Of a stretch of 64,000 nucleotides of DNA, positions 24,487-37,170 are shown piece after piece. Origin of the DNA: Octopus sinensis (Eukaryota); assembly GCF_006345805.1 (NCBI RefSeq), contig NC_043009.1, positions 60,574,001-60,638,000 on the forward strand. Reading direction: 5' to 3'. Each line of letters starts with the position of its first letter. The stretch's first letter is position 1. The notes under the pieces are model-generated. The model saw only the letters and a program-made list of their open reading frames with translations, was not told where the DNA came from and ran no database searches. Made by a program: the position numbers and the translations under genes.

Positions 24487-25027
24487 ATATAAAATATTTA
24501 TTTGTTGCGACAGAGGAGTAGTTACTCGGTGACCTAGTGTTTGAAAAAGTGCTTTGCCACGGAACTCTGTATGCCTGATTGACTCCTATAATATACTCAG
24601 CTAATGTCTAAATAAATAAATATGTGAGGGTGACTATATATACCAGACGAGCTTGACGTTGAGTGACAGAATGACAGTGCATTGCCAACAGATTCGGGGA
24701 CCGCAGAACTAGGAAGATTTCTATAAATAAACATCTAGATTAGTGCAACGCCGGGCTATGCTGCTAGTTTTCCTATATTCTTTACTGCGTGGAAATACAC
24801 TTATTTTCTCATGGTCGTTCTTTGTGTTACTTGTCTTGTTTAGCATTTTTTTTCTCTTGTTGCTTGCGTATTTAACTGATTTGTTTTTGTATTTCATGTT
24901 CTTTACTGTTGGTGACATCCTGTATCCACATATGCCTCTGTGTGTGTGTATTATTTATATTATTAGTTAACTGAACGCCTTGCATCAATTTCCAAGTATA
25001 TGAGTGTGTGTGTATATATATATATAT

Positions 25028-25437
25028 TCTTTACTATCCACAAGGGACTGAACACAGAGGGGACAAACAAGGACAGACAAGGGGATTAAGTCGATTATAT
25101 CGATCCCAGTGCGTAACTGGTACTTAATTTATCGACCCCGACAGGATGAAAGGCAAAGTCGACCTCGGCGGAATTTGAACTCAGAACGTAACGACAGACG
25201 AAATACCTATTTCTTTATTACCCACAAGGGGCTAAACACAGAGGGGACAAACAAGGACAGACATAGGTATTAAGTCGATTATATCGATCCCAGTGCGTAA
25301 CTGGTACTTAATTTATCGACCCCGAAAGGATGAAAGGCAAAGTCGACCTCGGCGGAATTTGAACTCAGAACGTAACGGCAGACGAAATACGGCTACGCAT
25401 TTCGCCCGGCGTGCTAACGATTCTGCCAGCTCGCCGC
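25028..25437 (-). mobile_element. SINE B dimer
   Basis: Junction GACGAAATACC|TATTTCTTT at ~25200. Confidence 0.9.
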
Positions 25438-25746
25438 ATATACATATATACATATATTATAGAAATTTTTTGTATCAGTGGCCTAGTATGTATACAAAGT
25501 CACTAGACATATTTTTCATATAAAAATTAGTGTACATTTAAGTACAAAAAGGGGAAACCTTAACAGGTTGCTTAACATTCTAGAAGGAGCAGTCAAAAAG
25601 TCCGGCTGTAAAATATGGTAAATGTTTTTATTTTTCATTCCCTTCGAAATCGCTCTTAACTGTGGTTTGAACTTCTTGACTGTTCTTTCTAGTATGTTAG
25701 GCAACCTGTTAATGTTTCGCTTCTTTGTACTTAAATGTACACTAAT

Positions 25747-25749
<3 letters not shown>

Positions 25750-25820
<71 letters not shown>

Positions 25821-25848
25821 GTGTGGTATGTGTGTGTGTGTATGTATA

Positions 25849-25905
<57 letters not shown>

Positions 25906-25920
25906 ATATATATATATATA

Positions 25921-25979
<59 letters not shown>

Positions 25980-25997
25980 ATATATATATATATATTG

Positions 25998-26031
<34 letters not shown>

Positions 26032-26124
26032 TGGTGGCGTGGATTTCCACCTCGGCATCCGAAACTCGGAGTTTTATCACATATTACATTTACAGATATA
26101 TATTTGTATATATGTATAAATGTG

Positions 26125-26182
<58 letters not shown>

Positions 26183-26300
26183 ATATATATAGATATATAT
26201 ATATATAGAGAGAGAGAGCTAGAGATGCATATATATATATATATATATATAGACATACATATACATAATAGACATATATGTATGTGTATGTATGTGTGTG
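25750..26300. repeat. (TA)/(TG)/(GA) microsatellite block
   Basis: Directly visible. Confidence 0.95.
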
Positions 26301-26732
26301 TGTGTAGATGTCTATGTGCTTGTATCTATGTATGTATGTACATAGGAATGTGTCTTATATATTTCTTGTGATGAACCTGGACATATCAGTGATGCTACCT
26401 GGTGTCAGTGAGTATTATGTGTTTTTCAACAATAAGATGACCCCACCCAGATGGCCCAGCCAAATTCGAACGAAGCTTCAGTTTGTGTCTTGTGGGTAGC
26501 AGTACCCCGGTAGAAGTACCCCGCCAATGGCTCATACCTCTTGATCCACAATTACTTTGAAACAACTTCTGTCGTCTCGCTAGCCAAATCTCGCGCATGG
26601 GCAATGAAGATTGACGGCAAACACGTTGTAGGCTTCGGTGAGGTTTCGATCTACGAATTTTCTACATCCTAGGTCAATCACACCTTTTTGTACGCCTCTC
26701 ATTGTTTCAACAAAACTCCACCACATCGTGTG

Positions 26733-26798
<66 letters not shown>

Positions 26799-27094
26799 CT
26801 AATATAGAGTGGTTGTATACTGTCAACTTAACGTGACAGTAAGGGAATTACACCACCGCTGTTTAGCCCTAGGAAGCATCGACGCTTCCTGTCGGCCTCG
26901 ACACATTTCCTGTGTCTAATTTAATATAATATAATATAAATTGGACATGGGCGATCGTTGTATTTTTGCTTGTCTTGAGGTTCACAGCCAAACGGCCGGG
27001 TGGATTCCTGTGAAAAATGGCACACATGTGTGCATAGATTGGAATGCAGTTTGTATATTTTTTCTTAGCCCCCATACTTACCGAGAAAATCGGG

Positions 27095-27436
27095 TAGTAA
27101 AGAAATAGGTATTTCGTCCGGTCTTTTTGTTCTGAGTTCAAATTTCACCGAGTTCGACTTTGCCTTTCATCCCTTCCGGGGTCGAATATTGGAGTCAGCA
27201 TAACCTATTTCTTTACTACCCACAAGGGGCTAAACACAGAGGCGACAAACAAGGACAGGCAAACTGATTAAGTCGGTTATATCGACCCCAGTGCATAACT
27301 GGTACTTAATTTATCGACCCCGAAAGGATGAAAGGCAAAGTCGACCTCGGTGGGATTTGAACTCAGAACGTAACGGCAGACGAAATACGGCTACGCATTT
27401 AGCCCGACGTGCTAACGTTTCTGCCAGCTCACCACC
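27095..27436. mobile_element. Plus-strand SINE B junction fragment followed by minus-strand SINE B with TSD
   Basis: GGGTAGTAAAGAAATAGGTATTTCGTC at ~27092; TSD-like TGGAGTCA(G/A)CATAAC around the minus copy. Confidence 0.8.
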
Positions 27437-27947
27437 CTATGGAGTCAACATAACCGACATAACCCTTCCCTTGAATTTACTGTGAGTGAATGTGCCACCG
27501 AGCATTTTGTCCGGCGCGCCAACTACTTTGCCAGCTCACCGCTTTAGACTTCAAAAAAGGTAATAATAGGTACTGGGGTCGATTAATTTCACTGAAGATT
27601 CTTCATGGCGGTACGTCCAGATGGCCGCAGTCCAATGACTGAAACAAATAAAAAAATTCCCTTGAATTTACTGGCCTTGTGCCAAAATTTGAAATTAATA
27701 TTTGTGGTTTGTTTATGTTATGTTCTAGATGTTGCCGGCAATAATCTATTCATCTGTTTGGAGCCAGATTTCTAGGCGATTCTTGTAGGCTTCGAGCACC
27801 TATGTCTCCCGCTTCTATTATTTTTGGTGCGGTAATAAGATGTTTACTATAATGTTAATTAGAACTTTTTGCATTGCGTGTATGTGTATAAGCGGTCGTA
27901 TGTGTGTGTGTGTAAGAGAGAGTTAGCATGTGTATATGTGTACGTGT

Positions 27948-28006
<59 letters not shown>

Positions 28007-28639
28007 CAAAAAAGTAATAATAGGTACTGGGGTCGATTAATTTGACTGAAGATTCTTCATGGCGGTACGTCCAGGTGGTCGCAGTCCAATGACTGAAGCA
28101 AGTAAAAAAAATAAAAGGTAACAATTATAGTCTCTCAATGCTCTGATAACACAGTGTTTAGTATAATAATGCTGTGACGATCATTAAAACATTATTACAA
28201 AAAAATACTGCTTATTAGAATTAGTCACACCTAAGCGAATATTGTTCATTACAATTACAGTCTGTCTCTGCTTGCATGAATAATGCTTATCACAGCAACA
28301 TTGCTATCTCTCTGCCCTTCCTAATAATATTCATTTAGAACAAAACTGTCCTGTATGCCTTGACATAAAATGTTTTTCATTGTAAATATTTTTAAAAGTT
28401 CTATAATGTGTTAAATATTACCACTCTCTTTTACGGCACGAAGTAAATATTTTTAATAATTGTACTAACAGTTTAAACACGACCACTCCCTACCACAGCA
28501 TTTGAATTATGGTAAGCAAATAAATCTACATGATAATTTTTACATGCATAAAATTGAATTTACTGAGGTTATGTTACTGCAGGTTATGTTACTGCAAAAA
28601 TGAAACCTGATAAATTATTCTGTCATAACGGGCAGCAAA

Positions 28640-28830
28640 AATTGCTTTTTAAATGCTGAAGCTTTTAAGGCACATGATCTGCGAGAAACACTAGAAACTG
28701 TTCTGAAATCCCTGAATGAGGAAAGCGGTCCTTCTTGGAAAAAAATTTGGAAAAGGTTTAATGTTTTAGATGCAGTCAACATAATAAACTTTCAAACATT
28801 CAAAGGAATCAGATACAAAATGTGGTAAAG
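28640..28830 (+). pseudogene. pogo/Tigger DDE transposase fragment
   Basis: FKAHDLRETLETVLKSLNEESGPSWKKIWKRFNVLDAVNII matches the FKAxY.R...FWK.FN.LDA region. Confidence 0.55.
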
Positions 28831-28893
28831 TGGGTTCCTCCCACTGGTGTGACGTGTGACTACCATTGTACTGTGGTTGCTGTTCTACTTTAG

Positions 28894-29300
28894 TAGGAGT
28901 GGCTGTGTGGCAAGTAGCTTGCTTACCAACCACATGGTTCCGGGTTCAGTCCCCCTGCGTGGCACCTTGGGCAAGTGTCTTCTACTATAGCCTCGGGCCG
29001 ACCAAAACCTTGTGAGTGGATTTGGTAGACGGAAACTGAAAGAAGCCTGTCGTATATATGTATATATATATATGTGTGTGTCTGTGTTTGTGTGTCTGTG
29101 TTTGTCCCCCTAGCATTGCTTGACAACCGATGCTGGTGTGTTTATGTCCCCGTCACTTAGCGGTTCGGCAAAAGAGACCGATAGAATAAGTACTGGGCTT
29201 ACAAAGAATAAGTCCCGGGGTCGAGTTGTTCGATTAAAGGCGGTGCTCCAGCATGGCCGCAGTCAACTGACTGAAACAAGTAAGAGAGTAAGAGAGAGTA
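28894..29300 (+). mobile_element. SINE A, full length
   Basis: Complete family A structure. Confidence 0.9.
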
Positions 29301-29756
29301 ATAGTTACTAGTCATCGTTGTATCTCTTCGTACCGGAACAGTAATACACTAACTTCTGTCTTACTACCGTTGATAGCTCCACAAGACACCTACTACAACA
29401 GTTGACTCAACTCTTCGACTCTCGACCCCATCTTGACGACCGGCTACTGGTGTATTTATAATGGCTGAATCCTACCACTTTTTATCGGGAGAGGTATACA
29501 GTTCCACTATACAACAAAAAATTACATGACTCCACAGTGTCTTCAAATCCACGAGGTCATGAGATTTGGACAGACGAAGAAATTCAAGTTCCTTGTTTTC
29601 GTTTTTTCTTTTTATCTTTTACTTGTTTCAGTCATTAGACCTCTAAGTCTGATACTTATTCTATCGATCTCTTTAGCTGAACCGCTAATTACAGGGATGT
29701 AAACACAGCAACACCGGTTGACAAGAGGTGCAGAAAGTGGTGAACAAACACAGACA

Positions 29757-29797
<41 letters not shown>

Positions 29798-29945
29798 TTA
29801 TACCAAATCCTTTCACTGTACTTGGAACCATATGGTTGGGAAGCAAGCTTCTTACCACAGAGTATGTTTAGCAAAATAAATCACTCATGGTTCTAAATTT
29901 AAAAAAAAAGCTTATAAAAGGATGAAACAATTAGTGACATTGACT

Positions 29946-30300
29946 GGAGGTGAATAGTTTTCCTTTATGCTTTTGGTGGAGGTGAATAGTTTTCCTTTAT
30001 GCTTTTGGTGGAGGTGAATAGTTTTCCTTTATGCTTTTGGTGGAGGTGAATAGTTTTCCTTTATGCTTTTGGTGGAGGTGAATAGTTTTCCTTTATGCTT
30101 TTGGTGGAGGTGAATAGTTTTCCTTTATGCTTTTGGTGGAGGTGAATAGTTTTCCTTTATGCTTTTGGTGGAGGTGAATAGTTTTCCTTTATGCTTTTGG
30201 TGGAGGGGAATAGTTTTCCTTTATGCTTTTGGTGGAGGGGAATAGTTTTCCTTTATGCTTTTGGTGGAGGTAAATAGTTTTCCTTTATGCTTTTGGTGGA
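29946..30300. repeat. 32-bp minisatellite, ~11 copies
   Basis: Unit GGTGGAGGTGAATAGTTTTCCTTTATGCTTTT. Confidence 0.98.
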
Positions 30301-30545
30301 ACAGATAAAACTTTTTGGTCAACTTGTTTAACAAATGCTCTTTCGCCACGCCAAACTGCTACTGCAGTGGCTGCATCTGAAATTACTGCAACTTTTCTCA
30401 CGTGTGACAAGACTTCTCATTACGTACAATGTTGGCAAAGAGTCTAGAGAAAAAGGTTCTGAAGAAGACCAAGTTGATTACATGGATTAAGTGCACAATG
30501 TCGCGGCTCTCAATTACATCTTACAAGATCCCAGAGGAAGTGCTA

Positions 30546-30774
30546 TTGGGCTGGTGCATAATTATTGCGGCATTTTTTCAATAAATTTTATTTAACAAAA
30601 ACAATAACAGCATGTAACAAAAACATCTTTAAATGATTATTCCGGAGCATATTCACCATCTGCTTCAATTACTGCTTCCCATTTGCTTGGCAGACGGTCA
30701 GACCGTCATTTAAAGATGTTTTTGTTGAATACAATTTGTTGACGAAAAGCCGCAATAATTAGGCACCAACCCAA
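30546..30774 (-). mobile_element. Mariner-derived MITE
   Basis: TA|TTGGGCTGGTGCATAATTATTGCGGC ... GCCGCAATAATTAGGCACCAACCCAA|TA; internal minus DRLPSKWEAVIEADGEYAPE. Confidence 0.9.
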
Positions 30775-31480
30775 TAAAACTTTGAGCGGAATCGTAACCT
30801 TGCTCTCTGATAACTTCAGGCAAATTCTAACAGCCACTCCAAAGGGTAGATCTGTACATGAGTTGAGAGAACACCATGAACAATCATACTTGGAGACGAG
30901 TGGAAAACCTTAATCCTCTTACCAGCATGGGAAATGCGCTTAAGAGAGAGGCATTAGCACTCTAGTAGTTTGTAAGATGTGTGGCTACAGTTGTGCAGTG
31001 GTCAGCTACCAGTTGATATTGGGAGCAGAGATGTTGCAGTATCAAAAAATTGTGGAACAATTCATCAACAGATGTCCAGAAATGTTATAGAAAATTTAAG
31101 TTAACGTTCTACAGGATTATAGAAATCCCTGAATGGTTTTGTAAATGTGCCACGTTTGCTCCCCAAGCTATAAAATTTTGCAGGATTTAACTGCAACAGT
31201 CATACAACAGCTACAAGACCAATCTAGATTGAACGGTTCAACATGCACTCTAATTAAGGCTAATGATGATTCGTCCACATTACTCTGTAAGGAGCATAGG
31301 GCCTGTTTCCCAATGTCTCAGACGTATATTTTCCTCCCTGGACGGGACGCCGGTCCGTCGCATGATAACCCATCTTTACCAGCTGAGCAGACTGGTGTAA
31401 CGTGAAAGGAAGTGTTTTGCTAAAGACTAGTCCAGGAATCGAAACCGCAATCTTACAATCATGAGTCTAACATCGTAACC

Positions 31481-32273
31481 TATTTCTTTACTACCCACAA
31501 GGGACTAAACACCTAAACACAGAAGGGACAAACAAGGACAGACTAACGGATTTAAGTCGATTGTATCAACCCCAGTGCGTAACTGGTACTTAATTTATCG
31601 ACCCTGAAAGGATAAAAGGTAAAGTTAACCTCGGCGGAATTTGAACTCAGAACGTAACGGCAGACGAAATACCTATTTCTTTATTACCTACAAGGGTCTA
31701 AACATAGAGGAGACAAACAAGGACAGACAAAGGGATTTAAGTCGATTATATCGACCCCAGTGCGTAACTGGTACTTAATTTATCGACCCCGAAAGGATGA
31801 GAGGCAAAGTCAACCTCGGCGGAATTTGAACTCAGAACGTAACGGCAGACGAAATACCTATTTCTTTACTACCCACAAGGGGTTAAACACAGGGAGGACA
31901 AACAAGGACATACAAACGGGTTAAGTCGATTATATCGACCTCAGTGCGTAACTGGTACTTAATTTATCGACCCCGAAAGGATGAAAGGCAAAGTCGACCT
32001 CGGCGGAATTTGAACTCAGAACGCAACGGCAGACGAAATGCCTATTTCTTTATTACCCACAAGGGGCTAAACACAGAGGGAACAAACAAGGACAGACATA
32101 GGTATTAAGTCGATTACATCGACCCCAGTTCGTAACTGGTACTTAATTTATCGACCCCGAAAGGATGAAAGGCAAAGTCGACCTCGGCGGAATTTGAACT
32201 CAGAACGTAACGGCAGACGAAATACCGCTACGCATTTCACCCGGCGTGCTAACGTTTCTGCCAGCTCGTCGCC
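31481..32273 (-). mobile_element. SINE B tetramer inserted into a SINE C, 19-bp TSD
   Basis: TSD TGAGTCTAACATCGTAACC at 31462-31480 and 32276-32294. Confidence 0.92.
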
Positions 32274-32569
32274 TCTGAGTCTAACATCGTAACCACTAAG
32301 CCAAGGATGTCGTAAAGTCAGCCATTTTGTTGATGCATAATTAACAGCCATTATTTCAGTTTCAAATCTTTTGCGGTCGGATTAATATTGATTGTGTTAT
32401 TTCCTAACCTTCTTTACAATGTCAAGTGATAGTGACTGCAGTGTTTCTAGTCTAAGCTAAGCCTAATGCTAATGCTTTATGTGAAAGAGCTTATTTAATC
32501 TTTATTTGTTTCTGATTTCTGGAATATTAATATCAGCATGATTATGTAATAATTTTAATTGCTAAGCCC

Positions 32570-34270
32570 ATTATTTGGTCATGGCATCTGATACTAAGAA
32601 GAGAAAAATCCTATGGACAGAAAAATATTTCGTAATTAAAACATGCAATAATATTATCTGCCTCATATGTAATGATAAAAATATTGTATGTAAGGAATAT
32701 AATATTAAGCGTCACGATGCTGCCAAACGTGAGTCACAATATAAAATAATTAAACGGGAAAAGAAAATGAATTGAAGAAGAGGCTTAGTTCACAACAAAG
32801 CAATTTCAAAAAACTTGTTGGGAAAACTGGTACAAGTACAAAGGTTAGTTATTTAATAGCTGAAAAATTGGCTCAAAAGGGTAGATGACGAATTAATAAA
32901 AGAATGCTTTTAGTGAATATTGTCCCGAGAAGGTGAACTTATTCAAATGAAACAAGTCTGCCGCATCAGACAATTGGTAGAAGAATTGATGACTTAGCTG
33001 AGAGTATTGTAGGTACATTACAGACTCAATTATCTAAATGTGTTCATTACAGTTTAGTATTGGACGAAAGTACCGATCAAAGTAATACTGCACAATTGGT
33101 TATTTTCTTCAGAGAAATTTATTTCAATTTTAATACCGTTAAAGGAATGTTGGACGGGTGTCATGTGAAGGGTTCAACAACTTGCAGGGACATAATTGAG
33201 CATGTTAATTTATCATTAGAAAAGTTCAATGTCGATAGAAATAAAGTTCGATTACGACTGATGGTGCTTTTGCATTAACTGGTAAAAAAAAATGGGCTTA
33301 TTACTTTATTCAAAGAAATGGTTGATCATGATATACTTAGCTATCAATGCTTGATTCATCAACAGCAATTATATGCTTAAAAATTAAATATGAAACAGTT
33401 GATGACAGATATTGTGAACGTTGTTAATTTTATTAGATCTCGGAGCTTGAACCATCGTACATTCAAAGCATACTTGATAGAAGTTGGCAGTGAATATGGA
33501 GACGTTATTTTTTTCTCAAACGTCAGATGACTCAGCCAAGCAGCAACTTTGAATAGGTTTCAATTATTGTTGCCTGAAATAAAACAGTTTATGCAAAAAA
33601 ATGTCGATTTTTTGGCAAATGAAGAATGGTTGAATGACCTGTCCTTCTTGGTAGATATCACTGAAATGTTAGCTGAACTTAATTTGCATTTACGAGGAAA
33701 AAAGCAGTTATTGTCCAATGTTTGAGCGAATAAGTTTTACTAAGAAATTAGAACTTCTCATAATACAATTGAAGGGTGAAGAAATTGTACATTTTCAGAA
33801 TTTATCTAAAAGACGAGAAGAATTTCCAGTGAATTTTGAAAAATTACACTAAATTATGTGAAGCTTTGTTAGATTTTACAACCAGGTTTTCTGACTTCAG
33901 AAAGATGGAAACTGAACTAAAATTGTTGAGTTATTCATTTTCATTTATTTATGTGGAAGCACCAGCCAAATACTAGCCAGAACTCATTGAACTTCAAATG
34001 TAGAGAATATTTGAAAACTTATCATAGAAAATATGTCCTTAACTTTTACAAGAAATTGCATTCTTTCAATGAATTTAATCAAACTGCCAATTTAGTTAGA
34101 AAACTATTGTGCGTGTGAGGTAGTACATACTGCTGTGAACAATTCTTTTCGTGTAAGAAAAACATCAAAACTGCTGAAAGAAATAGGCTGAGTGATGGCC
34201 ATTTAACTAAGATTTTTAGAGTAAAGAATAGTACCATAAAAACAGATATTGAGAATATCATAAAAGGAAA
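32570..34270 (+). pseudogene. hAT (SPIN/Charlie, GTF2IRD2-like) transposase relic
   Basis: CLIC..KEYNIKRH, LDESTDQSNTAQL, TTDGA, CLIHQQ, NFIRSRSLNHR, WLNDLSFLVD, STYCCEQFFS; many stops/frameshifts. Confidence 0.9.
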
Positions 34271-34427
34271 TCAATGCTAAAAATCAGATTGGTTTTATTT
34301 TGTGTAAGTGTAAATTCATTTTCACTTTCTATAGCACATTATTTTGTATTTACGTTTGTTATTAAAAAATTAGAAATATTATTATTTCTAAGTCTCTCTA
34401 AAGGAGAGACTACGGCAGCGGGACTGG

Positions 34428-34841
34428 ATATTAATAGTTATCGCCAAGCTAATATGGCAGTCCATAAATATAGGATGAAAGCTGCCGTTGATTAGCTCCA
34501 AGAGGCCATCGCCTCTAGCTAGCTATAAATTTCTATTTTTGAAAACCAGTGGATGTATATCACTGAATTTAGGTAAATAATCCTTCGAACAGGCGGTCAG
34601 TAGCGACGCCTACTGAGCTCGGTTACTCCGCATTGATAAAGGGCAAATACCCTGAAACATATCTGCAGATGTCTGACCAGCAAGGGGAAGCGGCTGATCT
34701 CTCCTGTTCGAATGTTATAATGGACACAGGTTCGTGTGTCATATAGCTAGCTAGAGGCGATGACCTCTTGGAGCTAATCAACGGCAGCTTTCGTCCTATA
34801 TTTATGGACTGCCATATTAGCTTGGCGATAACTATTGATAT
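34428..34841 (+). mobile_element. Foldback element (~100-bp inverted arms) with internal HHR
   Basis: Arms 34428-34527 and 34742-34841 differ at 3 positions. Confidence 0.9.
34627..34669 (+). ncRNA. Type I HHR motif, U3-A8 variant
   Basis: tccgca-TTGATAA-aggg-caaata-ccct-GAAA-cata-TC-tgcaga. Confidence 0.7.
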
Positions 34842-34999
34842 AAAAAAAAATCTGTTTACTATATTTTGAACTTTTTAAAAATTTATATCTTAGTACTTTT
34901 GTGGTTCGGTGAATATACTCACATTTATAATTTGGCCCATGAGGAAAAAGGTTGGACATTCTTACACTAAGCCATGCACCTCCACTAATGCTAACGATG

Positions 35000-35400
35000 C
35001 TGTCTGCAAACGATGCAGTCTGTAAATTATTTAACAAAATTCCTCTACTCTCTTCAGCCCTCCTCACAATACACAACTAAAAGTGGAAGTGCTTAAAATC
35101 CGGATCCGCCAAAACTCTTCAACAACACAAGAATCGTCGCCAAAATTCTTGTGCCCATGTGTTCCTAACGACCTTTATTGTTTATTGTACCATGGGAGAG
35201 GTTTTCACTCCACGCATTCCTCTCGCCCCATCATTTATGCCATTCCAGTACAAGGATCTTTTGCTGTAACTATCAACAAGCCCCATGGACAGTTTCTTGA
35301 AAAGACAAACTCATGAGTTTCTCTCATGGTCGTCTCTATCCTACATACTCAGACAATGAAGCAAGCAAACATATTTTCACCATCAAGCTATAGAGCAAGA
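35000..35400 (+). pseudogene. Helitron helicase C-terminal relic
   Basis: NPDPPKLFNNTRI, GEVFTPRIPL, FAVTINKPHGQ, FSHGRLY across frames. Confidence 0.8.
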
Positions 35401-36204
35401 AGCTTTGTCTTCCACCAGAAATTTTGCTTATTAAACAGGTTTTTGTTTGAATTGCTTGTTCTAGCATTGCAGTAAAAACAGTCACAAACTCTTCACGCAA
35501 CATAGAAGCCAAGACCCCCCCCCCCAAAAAAAAACGAAAAAAGAAAAAAATTATACATTTTACACATATTTGCATTACGCTTGTATAATTATATGCAGAA
35601 GAAACAACATAAGTTATAACCACAAATTGTGTCATTTATTTAAACAAACAAGCAAAAAGCCCGGATAAAGTCAAGAGCCTTGGCTATCAGAATATAATTA
35701 CGTTCTTACTATACACATTTTCACACTTTCATGCTCATACAGATACTCTGTCTAGTTGGCTTGCATATGATTAAAATACTACTAGAGTTTAATTAGGTGC
35801 GGATATTTACATATCAAAATATATGCAACTAGTTCTACTTAAAATTAGTTCTTTAGACATTGTGTGAAATATGGGAATGTGCATGACTATAATTATATTG
35901 TAGAACTTAATGAACTTGCCCTCGAGTTTTTATCCACATATGACTTTCTAAATATTAAAAAAAAAGTATTTATGCCAGAACGGAGAGTTGGCAGAACCGT
36001 TAGCAAAATGCTTAGCGGCGTTTCGTCCGTCTGTGCGTTCTGATTTCAAATTCCGTCGAGATCGACTTTGCTTTCAACCTTTCGGGGGTCGATAAAATAA
36101 GTACTATTTCAACGCTGGGGGTCGATGTAATCGATACACCCGCCGCCTCCTCCAAAATTGCTGGCTTTGTGCCAAAATGTGAAACCAGTATTGTGCAAAG
36201 ATAA

Positions 36205-37170
36205 GATGGCGAGCTGGCAGAACCGTTAGCACGCCGGGTGAAATGCTTAGCGGTATTTCGTCTGTCGTTACGTTCTGAGTTCAAATTCCGCCGAGGTCGA
36301 CTTTGCCTTTCATCCTTTCGGGGTCGATAAATCAAGTACCAGTTACGCACTGGGGTCGATGTAATCGACTTAATACCTATGTCTGTCCTTGTTTGTCCCC
36401 TCTGTGTTTAGCCCCTTGTGGGTAATAAAGAAATAGGTATTTCGTCTGTCGTTACGTTCTGAGTTCAAATTCCGCCGAGGTCGACTTTGCCTTTCATCCT
36501 TTCGGGGTCGATAAATTAAGTACCAGTTACACACTGGGGTCGATGTAATCGACTTAATACCTATGTCTGTCCTTGTTTGTCCCCTCTGTGTTTAGCCCCT
36601 TGTGGGTAATAAAGAAATAGGTATTTTGTCTGTCGTTACGTTCTGAGTTCAAATTCCGCCGAGGTCGACTTTGCCTTTCATCCTTTCGGGGTCGATAAAT
36701 TAAGTACCAGTTACGCACTGGGGTCGATGTAATCGACTTAATACCTATGTCTGTCCTTGTTTGTCCCCTCTGTGTTTAGCCCCTTGTGGGTAATAAAGAA
36801 ATAGGTATTTCGTCTGTCGTTACGTTCTGAGTTCAAATTCCGCCGAGGTCGACTTTGCCTTTCATCCTTTCGGGGTCGATAAATTAAGTACCAGTTACGC
36901 ACTGGGGTCGATGTAATCGACTTAATACCTATGTCTGTCCTTGTTTGTCCCCTCTGTGTTTAGCCCCTTGTGGGTAATAAAGAAATAGGTATTTTGTCTG
37001 TCGTTACGTTCTGAGTTCAAATTCCGCCGAGGTCGACTTTGCCTTTCATCCTTTCGGGGTCGATAAATAAAGTACCAGTTTCGCACTGGGGTCGATATAA
37101 TCGACTTAATCCCTTTGTCTGTCCTTGTTTGTCCCCTCTGTGTTTGGCCCCTTGTGCGTAGTAAAGAAAT
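36205..37170 (+). mobile_element. SINE B pentamer (184-bp period)
   Basis: GTTCTGAGTTC at 36272, 36456, 36640, 36824, 37008. Confidence 0.95.

Larger units (their letters stand above)
29930..31300 (+). pseudogene. Old Helitron Pif1-like helicase relic interrupted by a minisatellite and a MITE
   Basis: VFLYAFGGTDKTF, AVAASEITATFL, KLITWIKCTMS, TLLSDNFRQIL, DYRNPEWF..A.FAP are collinear with the 60597 helicase motifs. Confidence 0.8.

Noticed and set aside
26035-26080. GGA..TCC-GAAA-CTC..GAGTTT-TA helix pattern
   Set aside because: No CUGANGA-like strand upstream
29946-30300. CRISPR-like array of 32-bp repeats
   Set aside because: Units are contiguous with no spacers, there are no cas genes, the context is eukaryotic, and the unit derives from a Helitron helicase
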